64,000 nucleotides of DNA from Alphaproteobacteria bacterium (lineage in GTDB: Bacteria > Pseudomonadota > Alphaproteobacteria > Caulobacterales > Aquidulcibacteraceae), in the NCBI GenBank assembly GCA_016124655.1, contig WGNI01000011.1, positions 64,196 to 128,195 on the forward strand. The letters run 5' to 3'. This document shows positions 37,869 through 50,582 of the stretch, one piece after another. A program made the translations under genes and the position numbers. The stretch's first letter is position 1; every line of letters starts with the position of its first letter. Below the pieces are notes generated by a model. That model did not search any database, was not told the origin of the DNA, and saw only the letters and a program-made list of their open reading frames with translations.

Positions 37869-38990
37869 ATGCGGCGGCGGGAGTTTGTGGTTGGCGTCAG
37901 TGCGTTTGGCGCGGCCGCCTGCGGAGGCGGGCGGCCGGCGGCGGCGCACGCACAAGTCGGCGCGCTGCACGTGGAAACCCTGGCGCAGGGGTTGCGCGCG
38001 CCTTGGGGGCTCGCCTTCCTGCCGACAGGCGCAGCATTGATGACGGAAAAGCGCGGCGGCGTGCGCGTTTGGAGGGACGGCATGCTGTCGAGCGCGCTCG
38101 CGGGCGGGCCGGAAAACGTTCGGGCGCAAGGCCAGAGCGGCCTCCTGGATATCGCCATTGATCCGCAGTTTGCGCAAAACAGCCTCGTCTATATCAGCTT
38201 TTTCGAGCGTGCAGGCGGTGCAGGCCGATTGGCGCTCTATCGCGCGCGCTTCGACGGCGAATCGTTGCGCGAGGGCGCGGTGGTCTTCAGGGCCGATGCG
38301 CGCAGCGGAACCAATCATCCTGGCGGGCGCATGCTGTTTCTGCCCGACGAAACCCTGCTACTGGTTGTCGGCGTGCAAGATCCCGATCGCGATCGGGCGC
38401 TCGATGTGCGGAGCACGCTGGGCAAGGTGCTGCGCCTCACGCGCGACGGCGCGGCCCCGGCGGACAATCCCTTCGCCGATCGCCCAGATGCGCTCGCGAC
38501 GCTCTACACCTACGGCCATCGCAACGCGATGGGTCTTGCCCGCGACAGCGCAACGGGCGCGATCTGGTTGCATGAGAATGGCCCGCGTGGGGGCGATGAA
38601 TTGAACCTTCTTCAGCCCGGCGCGAACTACGGTTGGCCACGTGTGACATACGGGCGCGAATATTCCGGCGCGGAGATCACCGATGTACGCGAAGCGCCGG
38701 GTGTCACGTCGCCCATAACACAATGGACGCCCTCCTTGGCGCCATCTGGACTGTGCGTGTATGGCGGCGCGATGGTCCCGGACTGGCGCGGCGACTTGTT
38801 TATCGGAATGCTCGCGGGGCGTCGGCTGCAGCGCCTGCGCATTCGCGACGGCGCGGTCATTGAGCAGGAGGACCTGCTCGCGGAGCACGGCGCACGTCTG
38901 CGTGATGTGCGCGAAGGCCCGGACGGCGCGCTCTATGTGCTCAACGATGACGCCCAGGACGGAGAACTCTGGCGCGTCTCACGCGCCTAG
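37869..38990 (+). CDS. PQQ-dependent sugar dehydrogenase (soluble glucose/sorbosone dehydrogenase family)
   Basis: It has beta-propeller sGDH motifs (GLLDIAIDPQF, YTYGHRNAMGLA, GPRGGDELN) and a Tat-like N-terminus (RRREFVVG). Confidence 0.7.
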   Translation: MRRREFVVGVSAFGAAACGGGRPAAAHAQVGALHVETLAQGLRAPWGLAFLPTGAALMTEKRGGVRVWRDGMLSSALAGGPENVRAQGQSGLLDIAIDPQFAQNSLVYISFFERAGGAGRLALYRARFDGESLREGAVVFRADARSGTNHPGGRMLFLPDETLLLVVGVQDPDRDRALDVRSTLGKVLRLTRDGAAPADNPFADRPDALATLYTYGHRNAMGLARDSATGAIWLHENGPRGGDELNLLQPGANYGWPRVTYGREYSGAEITDVREAPGVTSPITQWTPSLAPSGLCVYGGAMVPDWRGDLFIGMLAGRRLQRLRIRDGAVIEQEDLLAEHGARLRDVREGPDGALYVLNDDAQDGELWRVSRA

Positions 38991-39008
38991 CGGCGACGCC
39001 CCGTCGCG

Positions 39009-39221
39009 CTATCGGCGCAGCATCCAGAAGAGGGCGGTCAGGACCGCGCTGATCAGCGGGCTGGTGACGATGGGGATGTAGAGCGAGAATCCCTCGCGAC
39101 GGATCACGATGTCGCCGGGCAGCCGGCCGATCTGCTGAAACAGCCCAAGCTTTGCGAGCCACGGCCACGCCAAGCCAATGATGATGAACATGGCGCCAAT
39201 GAGGATGAGCGTGCGGCCCAT
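39009..39221 (-). CDS. DUF2905 family small membrane protein
   Basis: 70 aa with the LPGDIVIRREGFSLYIPI pattern. Confidence 0.5.
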   Translation of the reverse strand: MGRTLILIGAMFIIIGLAWPWLAKLGLFQQIGRLPGDIVIRREGFSLYIPIVTSPLISAVLTALFWMLRR

Positions 39222-39258
39222 AGCGCAGATGTAGGATTTGCGCGGTGCGGCGTCGACC

Positions 39259-40017
39259 TTAGCCCACGCGCGCCATCAGCGCCTGCGCCGCGGCGGGATT
39301 GCGCGCCTTCGCGCCGGCGATGAAGAACACGAACACGGCGCGCGATTTCGCCCAGGCCTTGAAGGTCTTGCCCCAAGCATCGAGCGCCGGCGGCGCGTAG
39401 CCGGTGTCGATACCGTCTTCAGTCTTTTGCAGGCGGGCATAGGCGAAATCCGCGGTTACGCGATCCGCCATCGGCCAGTCGTCGTCATCCGCCGATACCA
39501 GCGCGCATCTATGCTTGCGCAGGATCTCTTCGAACGCATCCGTGTTGTAGCTCGCGTGACGCACTTCGATCGCATGCGTGAGCGCCACGCCGTTGCGTTC
39601 TTTCGGCAGCTGGCTGCAGAACGCCTCGAAGTAGTCCGCGTCGAACGTGCGCGAAGGATGGAATTGCCAATTGATGGGGCCGAGCTTGTCGCCCAGCGCG
39701 GTCACGCCGGAATTGATGAAATTGTTGATCGCTTGGCCCATCGCCTCGGGCGTCTTGCGGCTCATGCAGAAATTGTGCGCTTTCAGCGTGAACATGAAAT
39801 CATCGGGCGTTTCATCCGCCCATTTCTGAAACGTTTCCGGTTTCTGCAAGCGATAAAACGTGCCGTTGACCTCGATCGCGCTGACCTTGGACGAGGCGTA
39901 TTCCAGCTGCCGCTTCTTCGGCAGGTCGGGAGGGTAGAAGCTTTTCTCCCACGGCTCGAATGTCCACCCGCCTATGCCGACGCGGATCGGGCGCAGCGCG
40001 GACTTGGATGTCGCCAT
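39259..40017 (-). CDS. DUF72 (UPF0759) family protein
   Basis: It has the IGGWTFEPWEKSFYP...VNGTFYRLQ pattern. Confidence 0.6.
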   Translation of the reverse strand: MATSKSALRPIRVGIGGWTFEPWEKSFYPPDLPKKRQLEYASSKVSAIEVNGTFYRLQKPETFQKWADETPDDFMFTLKAHNFCMSRKTPEAMGQAINNFINSGVTALGDKLGPINWQFHPSRTFDADYFEAFCSQLPKERNGVALTHAIEVRHASYNTDAFEEILRKHRCALVSADDDDWPMADRVTADFAYARLQKTEDGIDTGYAPPALDAWGKTFKAWAKSRAVFVFFIAGAKARNPAAAQALMARVG

Positions 40018-40041
40018 GCGCAGCGCTCCTTGGGCAAGCGT

Positions 40042-40587
40042 TTAGATCAGGATGCGGCCGCGAAAGCCGCGCGCGGCATAATAGGACTCTGCGCCATTGT
40101 GGTAGGTGAAAACAGCGTCATAACGACGATCGCAGAATAGAGCGCCGCCAAGCGTGCGAATGGCCGGCGGCGTCGCGATCCAGCTGGACGTTTTCAGATC
40201 GAACACGCCGATCGACTGCAGATCGCGATACTGCGCTTCCGTGAGCAGTGAAACGCCCATCGCGGCGGCCGTCTCGACCGCCGCGCCGCTGGGCTTGTTT
40301 TCCTTGCGCGCATCGAGCGCCTTTTGATCGTAACAGAGGCTGCGCCGGCCCTTCGGGCTCTCGGCCGCGCAATCAACGAACACGAACGCATCGCCGTCCT
40401 TGCCGATCACGTCCGGCTCGCCGCCTGTCTCTTCCATCGCCGCGAGGACTTTGAGTTTGGCAGGCGCCTCGCGCAGACGCTTCTCAACGTCACTCCACGC
40501 AATGCCGGCGTGGCGTGATGAATGCGCGGCGAAGCGGGCGCTGAGGCGCTGTAACAAGTCGCCCCCATCGCTTGCAGACTCAGGCAT
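40042..40587 (-). CDS. DUF4256-like hypothetical protein
   Basis: 181 aa with a conserved-looking core and no catalytic motif recognised. Confidence 0.4.
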   Translation of the reverse strand: MPESASDGGDLLQRLSARFAAHSSRHAGIAWSDVEKRLREAPAKLKVLAAMEETGGEPDVIGKDGDAFVFVDCAAESPKGRRSLCYDQKALDARKENKPSGAAVETAAAMGVSLLTEAQYRDLQSIGVFDLKTSSWIATPPAIRTLGGALFCDRRYDAVFTYHNGAESYYAARGFRGRILI

Positions 40588-40618
40588 GTCGAAGATGGAG
40601 AGAAGTCGCCGCCACGAT

Positions 40619-40867
40619 TCAGCCCTTCAAGTCGAATTCGCGGCGGAGAAGGCTCACAAGAGTCGCAGCGCTTTCCCTATTGAGCTGGATCGACTGGCTG
40701 ATCTTTCCCGGGATCTCGCGAGTCGATCTTCCGTAGGTATCCAATTGAAAGTATTTGTCTGCGCCAATCTCAAAGGTCGTAAACGTGGCTCCAATGGGAT
40801 CGTGAGCAGAGTTTCGCTCACGGTCCTTCCTTTCGAATGAGTCTATCAAAGCCATCGTGGTTCCCAA
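40619..40867 (-). CDS. Hypothetical small protein
   Basis: 82-aa ORF with an ATG start, located between DUF4256 and rpoD. No recognisable domain. Confidence 0.3.
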   Translation of the reverse strand: MGTTMALIDSFERKDRERNSAHDPIGATFTTFEIGADKYFQLDTYGRSTREIPGKISQSIQLNRESAATLVSLLRREFDLKG

Positions 40868-40906
40868 TTGAGCGCCCGATCGATGCAGGTGGTCGCTACA
40901 GACCTC

Positions 40907-42982
<2,076 letters not shown>

Positions 42983-43027
42983 GGGCGGCGTCGAGGGGCT
43001 TTCGGCGAAAAATCAGGAAGAGGTGGG

Positions 43028-44866
43028 TTAGATCGCGTCGTCGGTTGGGTCGGCGGCGCGAAGGGCGCCCCGCAAAGTTTCACGCCGGCTGGCCAGCATG
43101 GATTGGGCCAGCGCCATGGCGTCGGCTGAGGTTTCGGCAGCCGCATACATCTCGCGCGCCTCGTCGCGAAGCTTAGGCGCGGCGAGATCCAGCGTGACGA
43201 GCGCCATCCATTCTTGCTCCACCGAGGCGTCGAAGTCCTTTGCGGGCGGCCACGACGCGATGCGGTCCTGCGCGCGCGTATCCCCAAGGCGCTGGAGATG
43301 GCGCTTCAAGGCCGCACGGTCAACCGTCTCCTGGGCGAACCATGCATCTAGAAGCGCAGTCCGGATACGGTCAAGCACGGGATCCTCGACCTCCAATTGG
43401 GTCAGCGCGTCGGCCCCGCGCGCCAAAAGCGAGGACCGGTCGCACGCCATGCGCACGATCCGCTCGACCTCCAGATGCGGCCTGGGCCGCGCGACCGAAC
43501 GGGTCTCGGCCATCGGCCCTGGCGGCGGCGCAAACCGGCCGGTCGCGCGTCCGCGGCCAGACGCACCGCTCCGCGGCCGCGCCGCCAGCAACGCGTCTGC
43601 CTTCGCCAGGGCGTCCCTGAGATAGAACGCGCGCGTCTCCGGATCGCCGATGCGCCCGATCGCGGCGCGCAGCCGCTTCTTGAAGTCCGCCTTCGCTTCC
43701 GGGGAGTCCAGCGGACGGGCGTCGCGCTCGCGCGCGAACAGTGCGTCCGCCGCAGGCTGCGCGGCGTCGATCAACGCCTTCAGCCCCTCCGCGCCGGACT
43801 GGCGGAAAATGTCGTCCGGGTCCGCGCCGCCGGGCGCATGAGCGATCTTCACCGTGCGCCCCGGCGCGAGGTGCGGCAGCGCCAGATCGAGCGCGCGATG
43901 CGCCGCCCGCACGCCCGCCGCGTCGCCATCAAAGCACAGCACGGGCTCCCCGCCGGATCGCCACACGAGCTGCAGCTGGTCCTCCGTCAGCGCCGTGCCG
44001 AGCGGCGCGACCGCGGCGATGCCCGCACGCTCCAGCGCGATCACGTCGAAATAGCCTTCCGCCACCACAAGCCCCGTCGCTTTGGCTTTCGCGGCGATTT
44101 CCCGTGCGGCCTTCAGGCGATAGAGCGTCCGGCCCTTGTGAAAGAGCGCGCTCTCCGGCGAGTTCAAATACTTAGCCTTATCCTCCGGGTTCATCGCCCG
44201 GCCGCCGAAGGCGATGGTCTTTCCCCCGGAATCCGCGATCTCGAACGTGATCCGCTCGCGGAACACATCGAAGGTCCGCCGCCCGTCCGCGCCGCGTGTG
44301 GCCACGCCGGCCTCCACCAGCTCGTCCAGCGTAAATCCCTGCGCGGTCAGCTTGTCGGCCGCCCAGGTCCAGCCGCCGGGCGCATAGCCGACGCCAAAGC
44401 GCTCCCAGAGATCGTCGCCGAACCCACGGCTTTCGAGATACGCCCGCGCCGCGCGGCCGTCTGGCGAACCCAGCGCCTTACGATAGAGCGCCGCGCACGC
44501 GGCCGCCGCATCGAACAGCCGCCGCCTGCGCTGACTTTCCGCCGCGTCCTCGCGATCCGCTTCAGGCAAGGGCAGGCCCGCGAATTCCGCCAATCGGGCG
44601 ACGGCTTCGGGAAAGCTCAGGCCCTCCAGCTTCATCGCCAGATCGATCACGGAGCCGGATTCCCCGCATCCGAAGCACTTGTACGAGCCGCGGTCGTCGC
44701 GGACATGGAACGAGGCCGACTTCTCCCCATGGAAAGGGCAGCAGGCCCAATAATCGCCCTTCGCCGGCTGGCTCTTGCGGCGGTCCCAGACGAGTTTCTT
44801 GCCGGCGAAATCCGCGATCGAAGCGCGCTCGCGCAGCTGGCGAAGAAAGGCGTCGGAAAATCGCAT
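43028..44866 (-). CDS. dnaG: DNA primase DnaG
   Basis: It has a zinc ribbon (CPFHGEKSASFHV...CFGCG) and toprim motifs. The ATG at 44866 is preferred over the upstream extension. Confidence 0.88.
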   Translation of the reverse strand: MRFSDAFLRQLRERASIADFAGKKLVWDRRKSQPAKGDYWACCPFHGEKSASFHVRDDRGSYKCFGCGESGSVIDLAMKLEGLSFPEAVARLAEFAGLPLPEADREDAAESQRRRRLFDAAAACAALYRKALGSPDGRAARAYLESRGFGDDLWERFGVGYAPGGWTWAADKLTAQGFTLDELVEAGVATRGADGRRTFDVFRERITFEIADSGGKTIAFGGRAMNPEDKAKYLNSPESALFHKGRTLYRLKAAREIAAKAKATGLVVAEGYFDVIALERAGIAAVAPLGTALTEDQLQLVWRSGGEPVLCFDGDAAGVRAAHRALDLALPHLAPGRTVKIAHAPGGADPDDIFRQSGAEGLKALIDAAQPAADALFARERDARPLDSPEAKADFKKRLRAAIGRIGDPETRAFYLRDALAKADALLAARPRSGASGRGRATGRFAPPPGPMAETRSVARPRPHLEVERIVRMACDRSSLLARGADALTQLEVEDPVLDRIRTALLDAWFAQETVDRAALKRHLQRLGDTRAQDRIASWPPAKDFDASVEQEWMALVTLDLAAPKLRDEAREMYAAAETSADAMALAQSMLASRRETLRGALRAADPTDDAI

Positions 44867-45036
44867 GCGGCGGGGGCGCTTTCGGTCGCTTCGCTCCGGC
44901 CCTAGGACGAGGGTCCCCGGCGTTCGGAACCGCCGGAGCGGGGAGCGGTTCATCTGATTCTACAATGATTCGCCGGCCGCACTTTCGCCGCGCCGCTGCG
45001 CCTACGACATAAAGCCTGATCAAAAGGGAGGTTCCC

Positions 45037-45771
45037 ATGTCACGCCCACTCGCCGCCGCGGCGGTCTTTGCAGCCCTGTCGGCCGCAGCGCCCCAGGCGG
45101 TCGCCCAGGACATGTCCGGCCACGCCATGCACCACATGGAAGGCACGATGCTGACGATTTCCGCGCAGGGCCGCGTGGTCAGCCGGCCAGATCTGGCGAC
45201 GATGCAGATCGGCGTCGTGGCGCAGGGTGACACCGCATCCGCCGCACTGCAGGCCAACGCCCGGCAAATGTCGCAAACGGTCGCCGCATTGCGCCGCGCC
45301 GGCGTGGCCGAACGCGACATCCAGACCGCGCAGGTCTCGGTCAACCCGCAATACGCCTACCAGGAGGGGGAATCCCCGCGCATCACCGGCTATGAAGCCA
45401 ACAACATGGTGACGGCGAAGGTGCGCAATCTCGACGCGCTCGGCCGCACCATGGACGCCGCGGTCGCCGCGGGCGGCAACCGCCTGCAAGGCGTGAGCTT
45501 CTCGCTTGACGATCCCGATCCGGTCCTCGACCAGGCCCGCCAGGACGCGATGCGCAAGGCCCGCGCGCGGGCGCAGCTCTACGCGCAGGCCGCGGGGCTT
45601 TCCGTTCAGCGCATCATTGCGATCTCCGAAGGCGGCGGCGCCATGCCCATGCCGCCTATGCCAATGGCCATGGCGCGCATGGAAATGGCGGACGCCGCAG
45701 CCGTCACGCCGACCGCGCCGGGCGAGATCGAGACCACGATCGCCGTCACGGTGATGTTCGAGCTGCGCTGA
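45037..45771 (+). CDS. SIMPL domain protein (BP26/OMP28-like periplasmic protein, DUF541)
   Basis: It has a signal peptide and the SIMPL pattern (VVAQGDTASAALQANARQMSQ...NPQYAYQEG...YEANNMVTAKV). Confidence 0.65.
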   Translation: MSRPLAAAAVFAALSAAAPQAVAQDMSGHAMHHMEGTMLTISAQGRVVSRPDLATMQIGVVAQGDTASAALQANARQMSQTVAALRRAGVAERDIQTAQVSVNPQYAYQEGESPRITGYEANNMVTAKVRNLDALGRTMDAAVAAGGNRLQGVSFSLDDPDPVLDQARQDAMRKARARAQLYAQAAGLSVQRIIAISEGGGAMPMPPMPMAMARMEMADAAAVTPTAPGEIETTIAVTVMFELR

Positions 45772-45894
45772 GCCGTCCCATTTTGGCGCGATGCGCACGG
45801 ACGAGGGGCGCTTGGCGGCCGCAGGCGCCCGCTTGAGGTGAACGGGCTTGAAACCATCTGCGCGCGCGTCAGCATGCGCCGCTGAGGAATTCTG

Positions 45895-46260
45895 ATGCGC
45901 TCATTGTTGATTGCCCTTGTCTTGGCGGCCGCCCCCGCGTTCGCCGCGCCCGCGTTCGCCGACGGCATCGAACGCCCGCACCGGCCGCGCGCCGCCCGGC
46001 CCGCGCCGGTGCTCGCCGGCGGTCCGGTGGACATTCCCGTCGCCGTTGGCCCGGAAACAGTCTCCCTGTCGGACGGCTTCCTGCGCGGCTCTGATGGCGG
46101 CGTCGGCGCCCAGGCGTTGGCGTCGGCCTATGTTGGCGGCGGTTCAACCGTGGTCGTCCGCGGCGGCCGCTCCGTCGCTGTCGCCATTGCACGCGCCAGC
46201 GCATCGGCATCCGCGGTCGGCGGATTTGGCGGCGGCTTCGGCGGACACGGCTGCCGCTGA
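45895..46260 (+). CDS. Hypothetical secreted Gly/Ala-rich protein
   Basis: It has a signal peptide (MRSLLIALVLAAAPAFA) and a GGFGGGFGGHG tail. Confidence 0.35.
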   Translation: MRSLLIALVLAAAPAFAAPAFADGIERPHRPRAARPAPVLAGGPVDIPVAVGPETVSLSDGFLRGSDGGVGAQALASAYVGGGSTVVVRGGRSVAVAIARASASASAVGGFGGGFGGHGCR

Positions 46261-46369
46261 GGGCTTAGGAACGGGCGCCGGCTTCCCTGCGTTGCGGGAC
46301 TGACCGAAACGGGCTACACGCGCCGCCCGAACCTGTTTGGCGGCGCGCCGAACGCAGGGGGCATCCTTC

Positions 46370-48403
46370 ATGGCGCAGGCGGAAGACGCAGCGCCGCAGC
46401 CGCCGGCCGGCGCATCCGCGACGGCTGCGCGTATTCGCAGGCTTGGCGGCGACGGAAACGGCGGACACGGCGACGGCGTATCCCACGGCTCGTTCTGGAC
46501 GCTGCTGATCGGCTCGATCGGCGTCGTCTATGGCGACATCGGCACAAGCCCGCTTTATGCGTTCAAGGAATCCGTCGCCCACGTTGCGCACGGCGCCGGC
46601 GGCGCACGCCCCGATGAAGTCATCGGCATCGTCTCGCTGATCTTCTGGGCGCTGATCGTTGTCGTCACGCTGAAATATGTCGTGTTCATCCTGCAGATGG
46701 ACAACAAGGGCGAAGGCGGCACGCTATCACTCATGGCGTTGGCCCAGCGCGCGCTCGGCCGCCGGACGCCTTGGCTGTTTATCATCGGCGTCGTCGGCGC
46801 TTCGCTGTTCTATGGCGACGCGCTCATCACGCCGGCGATTTCCGTGCTCTCCGCGGTGGAGGGTTTGCGCGAAGTGCGCGCGCTGGAGGGATCGATCGAT
46901 CCCTGGATTCTGCCCATCGGCGTGGTCATTCTTGTCGGTTTGTTCGCCGTGCAAAGTCGCGGCACCGGCGCAGTAGGGCGCTTCTTCGGGCCGATTACCG
47001 CGGTGTGGTTTGTCGTGATGGGCGCCCTGGGCGTCTACAACATCGTCATCGCCAACGAGCCCGCCATCTGGATGGCGCTCAGCCCCATTCCGGCGGTTAC
47101 GTTCATGATCAACCATGCCGGACTGACGTTCATCGTGCTGGGCTCGGTGTTCCTCGCTGTGACCGGCGCGGAAGCGCTCTATGCCGACATGGGCCATTTC
47201 GGCCGCAAGCCGATCCGGTTTGCGTGGGTAGGACTCGTCCTGCCGGCGCTCACGTTGAATTATCTCGGTCAGGGCGCGTGGACGCTGCACAATCTCGGCC
47301 ACCTCAACGCCGATTTCGCCGCCGCCAACGCAGCAGGCCTCACGGACGCGGAATTCGCCAATCCGTTCTTCGGCATGGCGCCCGACATCATCCGCTTGCC
47401 GCTGGTGATCCTGGCGACCATGGCCACCGTCATCGCCAGTCAGGCCGTGATCTCCGGCGCGTTCTCGTTGACGCAACAGGCCATCCAATTGGGCCTGCTG
47501 CCGCGCCTTGAAATCCGCCGCACCAGCGAAACCCAGATCGGCCAGATCTACATGCCGCAGATCAACTGGATCCTGCTGGCCGGCGTTCTCGTGCTGACGC
47601 TCGCGTTTGGATCGTCGTCGCGCCTGGCCGCGGCCTACGGCATTTCCATCACCGGCGAGATGATGATGAGCACGCTGATGATGTTCATCGTCATCTGGAA
47701 ATTGTGGAAGCGGCCGATCTGGTTGGCGACGGCGATCCTGCTGCCGTTCCTTGTCGTGGAGGCGATCTTTCTGGCGTCCAATCTGCAGCGCGTGCTGCAG
47801 GGCGGTTTCGTGCCCTTGGCGCTGGCGGTTGGGCTGGTGCTCTTGATCTGGACTTGGGTGCGCGGCACCGCGCTATTGACCGATACGTTGCGCCGCGAAG
47901 AGCCGCTCGCGAAACTGTTCGAAACGCTGTCGCACCATCCCCCGCACCGCGTGCGCGGCACAGCGATCTTCCTGACCGCCGATCCCGAAGTCGCGCCCGC
48001 AGCGCTGATGCACAACCTGAAGCACAATCAGGTGCTGCACGAACAGATCATCGTGCTCACCGTGAAGACGCTGCAGACGCCGCGCGCGCCGGAAAGCGAA
48101 CGCATCATCGTGGAGGATTTCCTGCCTGACGTGAAACGCGTCACCTTGACCTTCGGCTACATGGAGACGCCGAACGTCGTGAAGGCGTTGACCGAAGCGC
48201 GCAAGCACGGCTTGAAGTTCGACATCATGAAAACCAGCTTCTTCCTCAGCCGCCGCTCAATCGTACCGAGCGAAAAAAGCGGCATGCCGCTGTGGCAGGA
48301 TCACCTGTTCATCTTCCTGGTCCGCAACGCCACCAACGCGACGGACTTCTTCCACATTCCCTCCGGCCGCGCGGTCGAACTCGGCAACCAGGTCATGGTC
48401 TAA
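46370..48403 (+). CDS. kup: KUP/HAK/KT family potassium transporter
   Basis: The KUP signature is present (VYGDIGTSPLYAF..., GEGGTLSLMALA). The ATG at 46370 is preferred over the TTG at 46337. Confidence 0.85.
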   Translation: MAQAEDAAPQPPAGASATAARIRRLGGDGNGGHGDGVSHGSFWTLLIGSIGVVYGDIGTSPLYAFKESVAHVAHGAGGARPDEVIGIVSLIFWALIVVVTLKYVVFILQMDNKGEGGTLSLMALAQRALGRRTPWLFIIGVVGASLFYGDALITPAISVLSAVEGLREVRALEGSIDPWILPIGVVILVGLFAVQSRGTGAVGRFFGPITAVWFVVMGALGVYNIVIANEPAIWMALSPIPAVTFMINHAGLTFIVLGSVFLAVTGAEALYADMGHFGRKPIRFAWVGLVLPALTLNYLGQGAWTLHNLGHLNADFAAANAAGLTDAEFANPFFGMAPDIIRLPLVILATMATVIASQAVISGAFSLTQQAIQLGLLPRLEIRRTSETQIGQIYMPQINWILLAGVLVLTLAFGSSSRLAAAYGISITGEMMMSTLMMFIVIWKLWKRPIWLATAILLPFLVVEAIFLASNLQRVLQGGFVPLALAVGLVLLIWTWVRGTALLTDTLRREEPLAKLFETLSHHPPHRVRGTAIFLTADPEVAPAALMHNLKHNQVLHEQIIVLTVKTLQTPRAPESERIIVEDFLPDVKRVTLTFGYMETPNVVKALTEARKHGLKFDIMKTSFFLSRRSIVPSEKSGMPLWQDHLFIFLVRNATNATDFFHIPSGRAVELGNQVMV

Positions 48404-48491
48404 TTCGCGGACGCGGCCTGGCCCGTCGGCGCTCGCCACGCCGCGCGCAAGCGCGCTTCCGCGCCGCAGCGCGTAGGCGTAAGATCGCGCC

Positions 48492-48785
48492 ATGCGTTCG
48501 CTTGACGTGCCTTTCGCCGCCCTGGCGCTGATGACGGCGTTCTCCGCCATCGCCGCGCTCAGCGGCGCGCGGCGCTATTCAGCGATGGACTATGCCGGGC
48601 CTTTGGTCGTGCTCGCGGCGCTGACCGCATTTTTCTGGCGCGTGATTGCGCCCGCTTGGACCGACCACAACACGCACGATCCGGGCGTTACGCTGCTGGA
48701 GCTGTTGGCCTATGGCGTCGCCTTGCTGGCGGTGATGGGCCATGCGCTCAACCTGTTCTGGCCGCCGCGGCGCGCGCGCAGCTAG
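48492..48785 (+). CDS. Hypothetical small membrane protein
   Basis: 97 aa with two or three hydrophobic helices. Confidence 0.3.
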   Translation: MRSLDVPFAALALMTAFSAIAALSGARRYSAMDYAGPLVVLAALTAFFWRVIAPAWTDHNTHDPGVTLLELLAYGVALLAVMGHALNLFWPPRRARS

Positions 48786-48827
48786 TACAACCGCCCCGGC
48801 GCCGCTATGGCGTGATCTGCGCAAGGC

Positions 48828-50090
48828 ATGGAGACTGCCGTGGCCGAACGGAAAGACGTGACGAAGGTGGTCCTGGCCTATTCCGGCGGCCTCGACACAT
48901 CCATCATCCTGAAATGGCTGCAGGAGACTTATGCCTGCGAAATCGTGACGTTCACCGCCGATCTGGGCCAGGGCGAAGAGCTGGCGCCCGCGCGCGAGAA
49001 GGCGCTCGCGATGGGCGTGAAGCCGGAGAACATTTTCATCGACGACCTGCGCGAGGAGTTCGTGCGCGACTTCGTGTTCCCGATGTTCCGCGCCAATACT
49101 TTATACGAAGGGCAATATTTGCTGGGCACGTCGATCGCCCGCCCGCTCATCGCCAAGCGCCAGATTGAAATCGCCGCCATGGTCGGCGCGGATGCGGTGT
49201 GTCACGGCGCCACCGGCAAGGGCAATGATCAGGTGCGCTTCGAAGTGGCGTATTACGCGCTGAAGCCGGATGTGAAAGTCATCGCGCCGTGGCGCGAATG
49301 GAGCTTTCAGGGCCGGCCCGATCTCATCGCCTACGCCAAGAAGCACAACATTCCGATCGCAAGGGGCAAGGAACAGGAGGCCCCGTTCTCGATCGACGCC
49401 AATCTTCTGCACACCTCCTCCGAAGGGCTCGTGCTGGAGGATCCCGCTGTCGAGACGCCCGATCTCGTCACCAAGCGAACCGACCGCCGCACCATCACGC
49501 CAGAAGAAGCGCCCGATCGCGCCGATGTCGTGACGCTGACCTTCGAGCGCGGCGATCTCGTTGCCATCGACGGTCAGGCCATGAAAGCGCACGAGCTTCT
49601 CAAAACGCTGAACGATCTCGGCAAGACGCATGGCATTGGCGGTCTCGATCTGGTGGAGAACCGGTTCGTCGGCATGAAGTCGCGCGGCTATTACGAAACG
49701 CCCGGCGGCACGATCCTATGGCACGGCCATCGCGCCATCGAATCGATCACGCTCGATCGCGGCGCGATGCACCTCAAGGACGAGCTCATGCCGCGCTATG
49801 CGTCGCTGATCTATAACGGCATGTGGTTCACGCCGGAGCGCAGAATGCTCCAGGCCGCTATCGACGCCTCGCAGGACGCGGTTTCAGGAGACGTGCGCTT
49901 GAAGCTCTACAAGGGCGGCGTGCGCACGATCGGCCGCGCCTCGCCCTATTCGCTCTATTCAAAAGCGCTTGTGGGCTTCGATGAAGCCGGCGGTTACGAT
50001 CAGAAGGACGCCGAGGGCTTCATCAAGCTCAACGCGCTGCGCCTGCGCATCGAAGCGGAGCGGAACAAGAAGGTCGGTCGCAACGAATAA
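48828..50090 (+). CDS. argG: Argininosuccinate synthase
   Basis: It has the [11 protein letters not shown]-loop and ArgG motifs ([25 protein letters not shown]). Confidence 0.92.
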   Translation: METAVAERKDVTKVVLAYSGGLDTSIILKWLQETYACEIVTFTADLGQGEELAPAREKALAMGVKPENIFIDDLREEFVRDFVFPMFRANTLYEGQYLLGTSIARPLIAKRQIEIAAMVGADAVCHGATGKGNDQVRFEVAYYALKPDVKVIAPWREWSFQGRPDLIAYAKKHNIPIARGKEQEAPFSIDANLLHTSSEGLVLEDPAVETPDLVTKRTDRRTITPEEAPDRADVVTLTFERGDLVAIDGQAMKAHELLKTLNDLGKTHGIGGLDLVENRFVGMKSRGYYETPGGTILWHGHRAIESITLDRGAMHLKDELMPRYASLIYNGMWFTPERRMLQAAIDASQDAVSGDVRLKLYKGGVRTIGRASPYSLYSKALVGFDEAGGYDQKDAEGFIKLNALRLRIEAERNKKVGRNE

Positions 50091-50123
50091 GCGGACGCGC
50101 CCGTCTCTTTCGAGACGGGCGCA
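50091..50123. terminator. Bidirectional terminator-like hairpin between argG and the convergent PRC-barrel gene
   Basis: The hairpin is gcgcccgtctctttcgagacgggcgc. Confidence 0.5.
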
Positions 50124-50147
50124 AGACCGAACGCTGGGGGGGACGGC

Positions 50148-50513
50148 TCAGATCCAATAGCGCTCGGCCTTATAGTGATCATAGACGCGGTCGCGGAACG
50201 CAGCGCCGTCGTTCTTCGTGAGTTCGTCGATCTTGTCGGACGGCGCCGATTTCAGCTGATCTTCGCCGTACGGCACGACGTACGCCTTTTTGTCGTCGAC
50301 ATAGTCGAGCGCGGCCCAGGGCAGGGGATGGTATTTCTCGCCCACGCCGAGCACGCCGCCGAATCCGACCACGGCGAACATGATGGCGTTGGATTGTTTG
50401 TCGAGGATGATGTCTTCAATCTTGCCGACATGATCGCCGCTCGCGTCGCACACTTTCGTGCCGATCACTTTCGAAGCGCGGATCGCCGCCGTGTGGCCAG
50501 TCGCTGTAGGCAT
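50148..50513 (-). CDS. PRC-barrel domain protein
   Basis: It has the IGTKVCDASGDHVGKIEDIILDKQSNAIMFAVV pattern. Confidence 0.6.
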   Translation of the reverse strand: MPTATGHTAAIRASKVIGTKVCDASGDHVGKIEDIILDKQSNAIMFAVVGFGGVLGVGEKYHPLPWAALDYVDDKKAYVVPYGEDQLKSAPSDKIDELTKNDGAAFRDRVYDHYKAERYWI

Positions 50514-50582
50514 GGTTCCCTCCTGATGGTGTTCGGGAGGAGAACGTCGCGCGACGAACGCGGTTCCAAATCATTCATGCGT